From assembly GCA_050999295.1 (NCBI GenBank), contig JBPCPI010000089.1, positions 4,533 to 68,532 on the forward strand: a stretch of DNA of 64,000 nt. Direction: 5' to 3'. Under the pieces are notes generated by a model. It had not been told where the DNA came from, did not search any database, and worked only from the letters and a program-made list of their open reading frames with translations. Below, in pieces: positions 57,101-64,000 of the stretch. Within the stretch, counting starts at the first letter, position 1. Every line of letters starts with the position of its first letter. The stretch is from Geodermatophilaceae bacterium. GTDB lineage: Bacteria > Actinomycetota > Actinomycetes > Mycobacteriales > Geodermatophilaceae. The translations under genes were made by a program, and so were the position numbers.

Positions 57101-58878
57101 CAGTGCGTGTAGTCGCGAAAGCCCTTGCCGGTCTTGCGGCCCAGGTAGCCCGCCGTGACCAGATGCTCCAGCAGTGTGGCGGGCGCGAATCCCGGTTCCC
57201 GGAACTCCAGATAGAGCGTCCGTTGGATCGCCAGCGCTACATCCAGGCCCACGACGTCCAGTAGCTCGAACGGGCCCATGGGATAACCGCATCCCACTTT
57301 CATTGCCGAGTCGATGTCATCGGAGGTCGCGTAGTGGGCCTGGAGCATCTTCACCGCGTCGTTGAGGTACGGAAAGAGTAGTGCGTTGACGACGAACCCG
57401 GCGCGATCGGCGCAGGTGGCCGGATGTTTGCCGAGTCTTGTGCAGAACTCCTGCGCGGTCGGGACGATGTCGACGGCAGTCGAGATCGTCGGGACGATCT
57501 CGACGAGCTTCATCACGGTCGCGGGGTTGAAGAAGTGCAGCCCGACGACGTCGCTCGGGCGCTCACTGGCCCTGGCGCACTCCACGACTGGGAGGCCGGA
57601 CGTGGTAGTGGCAAGAACGGCACCGGGTTTGGCGATCTCGCCGAGATTGGCGAAGAGCACCTGCTTGACGCTCAGGTCTTCGATCACCGCCTCGACGATC
57701 AGGTCAGCGGAAGCCAGGTCGTCGAGGTCGGTCGTCCCGGTGACCCGAGCCAGTGCAGCGTCGCGCTCGGCCTGCTCCAGACGTCCTCGGCCGACCGCCT
57801 TGTCCGAAGACGTGGCCAGCGCAGCGATCACGCCCTGGACCTTGTCCTTGCTCCGCGCGACGAAGCAGACCTCGTAGCCACCTCTCGCGAAGACCTCGAT
57901 GATCCCGGTGGCCATCGTGCCGGAGCCGACGACGCCGACCTGTTGCACGGTCCGCGTGGTGACCTGCTCCTCCGATGCTTCGGGGGTCTGGGAATCGTCG
58001 ATGACCTGTGGACTGTCGCGTTCGGCGTAGCTGTAGAAACCGCGGCCGGATTTCCGGCCGAGCAGGCCGGCGGTCACCATCTGCTTGATCAGCGGGCTCG
58101 GAGCATGCAGCCGGTCACGCGACTGCTTGTACATCGTGTCGAGGCTCTCGTAGGCGGTGTCGATGCCGATCAGGTCCATCAGGGCCAACGGCCCCATCGG
58201 CAGACCGCAGCCCAGCCGCATCGCTGCGTCGATGTCTTCCCTTGTGGCGTAATGCGTCTCATACATCGACACGGCGTGGTTGAGATAGCCGAACAGCAGG
58301 GCGTTGGCGATGAACCCCGCCTTGTCGCCGATCGTCACGTCGGTCTTGCCCAGCCGTACGGCCAGCGCTTCGACGTCCTCGATCACCGCAGGGTCAGTGA
58401 CGACCGTTCGGACGACCTCGACCAGTTTCATCACCGGCGCCGGGTTGAAGAAGTGCAGTCCGATGACCTTGCTCGGGCGTCCGGTCGCGACCGAGATCTC
58501 GGTGACCGACAGGGACGAGGTGTTCGTGGCCAGGATGGTGTCCGGTGGACAGATCGCGTCCAGTTTGGCGAACACATCTGCCTTCAGGTCGAGATGTTCC
58601 GGAACTGCCTCCACGACCAGTTCGGCCTCGGCCAGATCCTGCAGATCGGTACTGAACGTGATCCGCGACAGCAGCTCACTGCGGCTGGCCCCGTCGAGCT
58701 TACCGCGCTCGACCGCCCGGGACGTCGAACCCTCGATATGTGCGCGACCGCGACTCAGGGCCGCATCGTCGATCTCGACTCCAGTGACATCCAACCCAGA
58801 GCGGGCGAAGACCTCGACGATCCCGGCACCCATCGTGCCCAGTCCGACCACGCCGACCTTGGCCAGTTCCCGTGCCAC
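57100..58878 (-). CDS. tandem-domain 3-hydroxyacyl-CoA (3-hydroxybutyryl-CoA) dehydrogenase
   Basis: Two NAD-binding repeats (VGVVGLGTMGAGI and VGVVGSGTMATGI), each followed by a 3HCDH C-domain. GTG 58878 with GAGGAG 6 nt upstream. Confidence 0.88.
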   Translation of the reverse strand: MARELAKVGVVGLGTMGAGIVEVFARSGLDVTGVEIDDAALSRGRAHIEGSTSRAVERGKLDGASRSELLSRITFSTDLQDLAEAELVVEAVPEHLDLKADVFAKLDAICPPDTILATNTSSLSVTEISVATGRPSKVIGLHFFNPAPVMKLVEVVRTVVTDPAVIEDVEALAVRLGKTDVTIGDKAGFIANALLFGYLNHAVSMYETHYATREDIDAAMRLGCGLPMGPLALMDLIGIDTAYESLDTMYKQSRDRLHAPSPLIKQMVTAGLLGRKSGRGFYSYAERDSPQVIDDSQTPEASEEQVTTRTVQQVGVVGSGTMATGIIEVFARGGYEVCFVARSKDKVQGVIAALATSSDKAVGRGRLEQAERDAALARVTGTTDLDDLASADLIVEAVIEDLSVKQVLFANLGEIAKPGAVLATTTSGLPVVECARASERPSDVVGLHFFNPATVMKLVEIVPTISTAVDIVPTAQEFCTRLGKHPATCADRAGFVVNALLFPYLNDAVKMLQAHYATSDDIDSAMKVGCGYPMGPFELLDVVGLDVALAIQRTLYLEFREPGFAPATLLEHLVTAGYLGRKTGKGFRDYTH

Positions 58879-58998
58879 CTGAAACTCCTCGATTCGCCAT
58901 CGATGATCGCCTCGGCCCAGTCTCTCAGCCGGCGGTCTGCCGGCCGGGCGCACCTGGCGTTTGCTGGCAAACCGCCAGAATCTGACCTCGGGCGATTC

Positions 58999-60495
58999 TC
59001 AGCTGCGCGGGCGGCGGCGCCCGTAGCGAAGTCGGACGGCCGACAGTAGCGCCGCGGTCAGTACAGAGTTGCGTTTGAAGGATTGCAGGATCAGCGGGGC
59101 GGCTACCTGTTGGTCCACAATGGCGTGCGCCCAGGAGAACTCACGTAGCCCGTCGGCGCCGTGAATCCGGCCGAACCCGGAATCGCCGACACCGCCGAAG
59201 GGCATCGAAGGGATGACCGCGAACGTGATCACCGAGTTGATGCTGGTCATCCCCGCGCGCAGTCGCTGGGCGATCTCCATGCCACGTCGTCGGGAAAAGA
59301 CGGCGCTGGACAGCCCGAAGTCCGACCCATTGGCCCGCTCGAGCGCCTCGTCGATGTCGCGGACCCGGCCGACGGTGATCGTCGGCCCGAACGTCTCGTC
59401 GGTCACCGCCGGTCGGTCCTCGGGGGTGTTGATCAGGATCGTCGGATCGACGTAGGGCGGGTGCACCGCGTCGCGTCCGCCAACGACCGCCGTAGCCCCA
59501 TGGTCCAGGGCGTCGTCGATGTGAGCTCGGATGACGGCCACCTGGTCGGGCATCGTGATCGGCCCGTAGTCGGCTGCGGAGTCGCTGCCCGGCCGCGGTT
59601 TACGTGCCTCGGCGGTCAACCGGGCGAGGAATTCGTCGTAGATGGCCTCGACGGCGTAGACCCGCTCGACCCCGACGCAGGTCTGGCCGGCGTTGGACAT
59701 CGCGCCCCATACCGCGGCCTGCGCAGCAGCGGCGAGATCCGCGTCTTCGGCCACAATCAGGGCATCCTTGCTGCCGCATTCGAGCAGGACCGGTGTCAGG
59801 CTCCGTGCGCAGGCCGCCATGACCAGTTTCGCGGTGGCAGTCGACCCGGTGAAGGCGAGCTTGCCCACCCCGGAGGTGCACAGCGCTGCGCCCGTCTCGC
59901 CATACCCGGTGACCAGTTGCAGTACGGGTCGTTCGGGTACGACTTGGGCAAAGGATTCGACAAGCCAACGCCCGATGGACGAGGTGTATTCGCTGGGCTT
60001 GAAGACGACCGCGTTCCCTGCCGCCAGCGCGTACGCGATCGAGCCCATCGGTGTGAAGACGGGATAGTTCCAGGGTCCGATCACACCGACGACGCCGTAC
60101 GGGCGGTAGCCCACCGACGCCTTCTGATTGGGGAACAGCCACGAACGGCCGACCGTACGGCGTCCCAGGACGCCAGCCGCGTGTGTCGCGGCCCAATGCA
60201 GATGCTCGACGACACCGACGACCTCCAGCCGCGCGTCGACAAGTGGTTTCCCGTTCTCCCGATGGATGAGGCCGGCGAGTTCATCCATGCCCATCGTCAG
60301 GACTCGCGCCCACTCCCGCAGCCGCGACTCGCGACCATCGAAGCCCAGCCCTGCCCACCACAGGGCGGCCGGACGGGCCACCTCGACAGCCGCAGTGACC
60401 TCGGCGGCAGAGTGGATCGGGAACGAGTCGATGACCTCGCCACTGGCCGGATTCAGTGACTCGAAGCTCGTCTTGACACTGGGGGCAGTGCTCAC
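58999..60495 (-). CDS. aldehyde dehydrogenase family protein
   Basis: FTGSTATAK, LECGSKDA (Glu), GQTCVGVER (Cys). Confidence 0.9.
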   Translation of the reverse strand: MSTAPSVKTSFESLNPASGEVIDSFPIHSAAEVTAAVEVARPAALWWAGLGFDGRESRLREWARVLTMGMDELAGLIHRENGKPLVDARLEVVGVVEHLHWAATHAAGVLGRRTVGRSWLFPNQKASVGYRPYGVVGVIGPWNYPVFTPMGSIAYALAAGNAVVFKPSEYTSSIGRWLVESFAQVVPERPVLQLVTGYGETGAALCTSGVGKLAFTGSTATAKLVMAACARSLTPVLLECGSKDALIVAEDADLAAAAQAAVWGAMSNAGQTCVGVERVYAVEAIYDEFLARLTAEARKPRPGSDSAADYGPITMPDQVAVIRAHIDDALDHGATAVVGGRDAVHPPYVDPTILINTPEDRPAVTDETFGPTITVGRVRDIDEALERANGSDFGLSSAVFSRRRGMEIAQRLRAGMTSINSVITFAVIPSMPFGGVGDSGFGRIHGADGLREFSWAHAIVDQQVAAPLILQSFKRNSVLTAALLSAVRLRYGRRRPRS

Positions 60496-60533
60496 CGGGC
60501 AGATGCTACCGGCGGGTAACGGGTTCGGATCAG

Positions 60534-61205
60534 TCAGAACAGCCTGAGCGAGGTGTCCTCGGTGCCGCGTAGGAGACCGTAATCGACTACCTGCCAGCCG
60601 ATCCCTCGATCGGTGGCGAGCACCCGTGCCTGGGGTGTGACTTCTTGGGCGACCAGGATTCCGCGGACCGGCGCCAGTAGAGGATCCCGATTCAACAGCG
60701 CCAGGTACCGGGTCAGCTGTTCCACGCCGTCGATCTCACCGCGCCGCTTCACCTCGATCGCCACTGTCGCCCCGCCGGCATCCCGGCACAGCAGGTCAAC
60801 CGGTCCGATCGGGGTGGGGTACTCCCGACGAACCAGCGACCATCCGTGGCCGAAGGTGTGTACATGCTGGGCCAACAGCTCCTGTAGGTGTGCCTCGACC
60901 CCGTCCTTGACCAGACCCGGATCGACACCGAGCTGGTGGGAGGAGTCATGGTCGACGGATTCGATCCGGATCAGCAGTTGCTCACCCGCCCTGTTGGTGA
61001 CCGTCCAGAGGATGCCGTCGTCGTCGCTGGATTCGCGCAGGGTGCAGGGCGGGCTCATCCAGTTCAACGGCTTGTAGGCCCGGTCATCGGCGTGGATCGA
61101 TACCGAGCCGTCTGCTTTGACTAGCAGGAGTCGCAGTGCCGAGGGCAGGTGGGCGGTCAGCCGGCCGACGTAGTCGACCGTGCAGCGGGCAACGACCAGG
61201 CGCAC
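60534..61205 (-). CDS. nucS: endonuclease NucS (EndoMS)
   Basis: [16 protein letters not shown]..., [11 protein letters not shown]...[10 protein letters not shown]. 223 aa from GTG 61205. The track ORF is over-extended to 705 aa. Confidence 0.9.
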   Translation of the reverse strand: MRLVVARCTVDYVGRLTAHLPSALRLLLVKADGSVSIHADDRAYKPLNWMSPPCTLRESSDDDGILWTVTNRAGEQLLIRIESVDHDSSHQLGVDPGLVKDGVEAHLQELLAQHVHTFGHGWSLVRREYPTPIGPVDLLCRDAGGATVAIEVKRRGEIDGVEQLTRYLALLNRDPLLAPVRGILVAQEVTPQARVLATDRGIGWQVVDYGLLRGTEDTSLRLF

Positions 61206-61234
61206 GGGTTCCGAGGCTAGGCGATGGCCGCGGG

Positions 61235-61942
61235 TCAGCGCGTCAGAGCGGTGATCAGCAACGCGATGATGACCGTGTTGAACAGGAAGGTCAGCGCCGA
61301 GTGCCCAGCCACGGTCCGGCGCATCGGGGTGGTGGTGACGTCCACATCGGTGGTGCCGAGCGTCGTGGCCACGGTGAGGGAGAAGTAGAGGTAGTCCGTG
61401 AACCCGTGCGGCTGCTCGTCGGGGAAGCGCAGGCCGGCGTTCTCGGCGTTCTTGCGGGCATAGTGAACGGCATAGCTCACGACGACGACGACCCAGGACA
61501 TGACGACGGCGACGACCAGGGTGCCCGCCAGCAGACCTTCGTGCGACGGGCCGGTGAAGGTTTCCAGTCGAGGCAGCAATGCCGCCCCGCCCAGCGCCAC
61601 CGCCGCCAGGGTCACCGCCATCCCCGGACCGTCGCCCCCGCCGAGAAGGTAACGCTTCCACCGGGACCGCTGGGCGCCCTCGCGAGCAAGCAAGCCGGGC
61701 AGCTCGTCCGGGTCCGCTCTTCGGAAGGCGGCCACCGTCAGTGCGGCGTAGGACAGACCGAACAGGTCCCAGACCAGGAACATCCGGGTAAGGAAGCCGG
61801 GTAGCTGACCGGTGAGCAGGGCAATGCCCACGTACAGGGCGAACGACAGCGCGATGGCGATCCCGACGGCGACCCAGGCGCGCACGTTGTCGCGGTGGAT
61901 CCAGCGCTTCTCGGCGGCCTGCGAGTCGACGGCCCGGCTCAT
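61235..61942 (-). CDS. DUF1345-type integral membrane protein
   Basis: Multiple transmembrane helices, [20 protein letters not shown] motif, ATG 61942. Confidence 0.65.
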   Translation of the reverse strand: MSRAVDSQAAEKRWIHRDNVRAWVAVGIAIALSFALYVGIALLTGQLPGFLTRMFLVWDLFGLSYAALTVAAFRRADPDELPGLLAREGAQRSRWKRYLLGGGDGPGMAVTLAAVALGGAALLPRLETFTGPSHEGLLAGTLVVAVVMSWVVVVVSYAVHYARKNAENAGLRFPDEQPHGFTDYLYFSLTVATTLGTTDVDVTTTPMRRTVAGHSALTFLFNTVIIALLITALTR

Positions 61943-62075
61943 CCGCGAGCCCCCTCCGCGACTGGCTGACCCCCGGGCCAGCCTCGGGTGGCGATCTTGC
62001 CATGCTCGGTAGCCCAGCGATACGGCGCGCAAACACGGCTTCGTTCCTCCGACACCGCCGATATACGGTCGGGGA

Positions 62076-63095
62076 ATGGCCTACATCGCGGCGCGTGACC
62101 GCTACGAGTCGATGACCTACCGTCGGACCGGGCGCAGTGGCCTCAAGTTGCCGCTGCTCTCGCTGGGGCTCTGGCACAACTTCGGCGACGAGCAACCGCT
62201 GGACACCCAGCGGGCGGTCATTCGCCGCGCCTTCGATCTCGGGATCACCCATTTCGACCTGGCCAACAACTACGGCCCGCCGTACGGCAGCGCGGAACGC
62301 AACTTCGGGACGATCCTGCGCGAGGATCTCCGCCCGTACCGCGACGAACTCGTCATCTCGACCAAGGCCGGCTGGGATATGTGGCCCGGTCCGTACGGCG
62401 ACCTCGGTTCGCGCAAGTACCTCACCGCGAGCCTGGACCAGAGCCTGCAGCGGTTGGGCTTGGACTACGTCGACATCTTCTACTCCCACCGCTTCGATCC
62501 CGAGACCCCGCTCGAGGAGACGATGGGCGCGCTGGATACCGCCGTACGCGCCGGAAAGGCGCTCTACGTCGGCATCTCGTCCTACTCCGCGCAACGCACG
62601 TCGCAGGCCGCGGCCATTCTGCGTGATCTCGGGACGCCGTTGCTGATCCATCAGCCGTCGTACTCAATGCTCAACCGCTGGATCGAGGATGAGCTACTCG
62701 ACGTGCTTGACAGGGAGGGAGTCGGGTGCATCGCTTTCACCACATTGGCTCAGGGCCTGCTCACCGGGAAGTACCTGGACGGTGCGAAGCCGGCGGGCTC
62801 CCGGGCGGATTCGCTGCTTGCGGATCACCTCACGGAAGACAACCTGTCGCGGATCCGGTCGCTGGCCGACATCGCGCAACGCCGTGGCCAGAGCCTGGCG
62901 CAGTTGGCCCTGGCCTGGGGGCTACGCGACGAAAGGGTGACCTCGCTCGTGGTCGGTGCCAGTTCGGTTCACCAGATCCAGAACAGCGTGGCCGCACTGG
63001 ACAAGCTGGACATCACGAATGCTGAACTCGCCGAGATCGACTCCTTCGCCATCGATGGTGGTGTCGATCTATGGCGCGGCCCGGCCAGTGCGTAG
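62076..63095 (+). CDS. aldo/keto reductase (YghZ-like)
   Basis: [36 protein letters not shown]. Confidence 0.9.
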   Translation: MAYIAARDRYESMTYRRTGRSGLKLPLLSLGLWHNFGDEQPLDTQRAVIRRAFDLGITHFDLANNYGPPYGSAERNFGTILREDLRPYRDELVISTKAGWDMWPGPYGDLGSRKYLTASLDQSLQRLGLDYVDIFYSHRFDPETPLEETMGALDTAVRAGKALYVGISSYSAQRTSQAAAILRDLGTPLLIHQPSYSMLNRWIEDELLDVLDREGVGCIAFTTLAQGLLTGKYLDGAKPAGSRADSLLADHLTEDNLSRIRSLADIAQRRGQSLAQLALAWGLRDERVTSLVVGASSVHQIQNSVAALDKLDITNAELAEIDSFAIDGGVDLWRGPASA

Positions 63096-63179
63096 ATCTG
63101 GCCTCGTGACCACCGACCCGAGGCCACGGACGATGCGGACCTCGGCTGTCCCTCGAGGCCGCGAGAGAGCGGAATCACG

Positions 63180-63857
63180 GTGACCGCGACAACCCGACAC
63201 GTCGTGCTCGTCCATGGCGCCTGGCACGGCAAATGGGCCTGGGAGACGCTGGCGCCGCATCTCGAGGCCGCCGGCCTGACCGTTACTGCTGTGGACTTGC
63301 CCAGCACCGGTGGCCAGGGTGATCTGGCCGCAGACACCGACGTCGTCCGGGCAGCCTTGGCCGAACTGGACGGTCCGGCGATCCTGGTCGGGCACTCCTA
63401 CGGCGGAATCGTGATCTCCGAGTCGGCGATACCGGAGACCGTCTCGCACCTGGTCTACGTCTCGGCTTTCCTGCTCCCGATCGGGATCTCGCTCCTGGAT
63501 GCACTGAATCATGAAGTGCCCGCCTGGATCTCGATCGACGAGCCGAATGGCGTCTCACGGGCCCTGACCCCGGAGACAGTGTTCTTCGGCGACGTGCCCC
63601 AGGACCTGATCGACGCTGCCGTACCGCGGCTTACGACGCAAACGCTGCGTTCGTTCGCAGCACCCCAGACCCGCGCTGCTTGGACGGAGATCCCGAGCAC
63701 CTACGTGATCTGCGACGGCGACCGCGCCCTGCCCCCGCCGGCCCAGGAGGCGATGTCGCAGGCCGCGACGAACGTGATCACGCTGAACAGCTCGCACTCG
63801 CCGTTCCTGTCCCAGCCAGAGCGGGTTGCCGAGATCCTGGCCAGGATCAGAACCTAG
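63180..63857 (+). CDS. alpha/beta hydrolase (esterase-like)
   Basis: VLVHGAWHG..., GHSYGG nucleophile elbow, SHSPFLS. Confidence 0.8.
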   Translation: MTATTRHVVLVHGAWHGKWAWETLAPHLEAAGLTVTAVDLPSTGGQGDLAADTDVVRAALAELDGPAILVGHSYGGIVISESAIPETVSHLVYVSAFLLPIGISLLDALNHEVPAWISIDEPNGVSRALTPETVFFGDVPQDLIDAAVPRLTTQTLRSFAAPQTRAAWTEIPSTYVICDGDRALPPPAQEAMSQAATNVITLNSSHSPFLSQPERVAEILARIRT

Positions 63858-64000
63858 TCGGGCCAGACCGGGTGCCGTTTCTCCAGGAAGGACGCCATGC
63901 CTTCGCGTGCGGCACCGGTCTGGCTCGCCGCGGCCATGACCTCGACGGCGTAGGTGTACGCATCGCGCTCCGGGCGGTCGAACTGGGCGTAGAGCGCCTG
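63854..64000 (-). CDS. enoyl-CoA hydratase/isomerase family protein, C-terminal 48 aa (rest outside window)
   Basis: The reverse translation ends ...AREGMASFLEKRHPVWPD*, a typical crotonase C-terminus. Not in the ORF track because it has no start in the window. Confidence 0.6.
   Translation of the reverse strand, partial: QALYAQFDRPERDAYTYAVEVMAAASQTGAAREGMASFLEKRHPVWPD

Noticed and set aside
57424-60459. Plus-strand ORFs 57424-59049 (541 aa) and 59161-60459 (432 aa)
   Set aside because: They are antisense shadows of the hydroxyacyl-CoA dehydrogenase and aldehyde dehydrogenase genes, typical of high-GC DNA.
61206-62651. N-terminal extension making nucS 705 aa
   Set aside because: It runs through the DUF1345 gene and antisense through the aldo/keto reductase. 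NucS homology starts at GTG 61205 and gives the canonical length of about 223 aa.

Overview
High-GC actinobacterial chromosome segment. Hand-counted 60-nt lines give about 70-75% GC in core genes. The ORF track is full of long antisense or N-terminally over-extended ORFs, so I re-picked starts using RBS spacing and stop/start overlaps.

Core content:
- glgB 3' end, two tandem Zn-metallopeptidase lipoproteins, a thioredoxin/TPR protein and a Ser/Thr kinase.
- marR followed by an isobutyryl-CoA-mutase-type large subunit.
- A TPP-riboswitch-controlled thiamine operon (NCS1 permease, thiE, thiO, thiS, thiG, thiE/tenI-like, thiD), with two divergent tenA paralogs.
- A short-chain acyl-CoA block: thiolase-meaB, methylmalonyl-CoA epimerase, ccr, tandem 3-hydroxyacyl-CoA dehydrogenase and an aldehyde dehydrogenase.
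- Also ung, nucS, a DivIVA-domain protein, an aldo/keto reductase and several hydrolases.

Accessory content (about 9.7-25.6 kb and 29.6-37.4 kb):
- A 1.64-kb IS with perfect 19-bp terminal inverted repeats and a frameshifted transposase.
- A compositionally mosaic biosynthetic cluster, partly only about 45-57% GC. Its 8-gene operon encodes an AurF-like diiron oxygenase, a tRNA-domain-less class II aaRS homolog (amino acid:carrier-protein ligase type), a B12-radical SAM enzyme, two O-methyltransferases, an NMO-family flavoenzyme, an AcpS-type PPTase and an 86-aa carrier protein. A divergent P450 / ferredoxin reductase / ferredoxin operon faces it. No NRPS or PKS condensation enzyme is present.
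- The two operons are separated by a divergent promoter carrying two identical 19-bp sites. Their GGTCCTACCA core also lies inside the promoters of two near-identical GntR/FadR genes.
- One of those GntR genes heads an intact locus: TRAP transporter, PPC(DUF296) protein, E1alpha/E1beta, a stand-alone lipoyl domain and an SDR. The other heads a decayed copy in which the TRAP genes are reduced to about 200 bp of relics.
- An IS630 remnant, a DUF3883 fragment and an orphan tRNA 3' fragment close the accessory region.

The carrier-protein cluster and its regulatory link to the TRAP locus is my best candidate for an undescribed system. All family assignments come from reading the translations. No database search was run.
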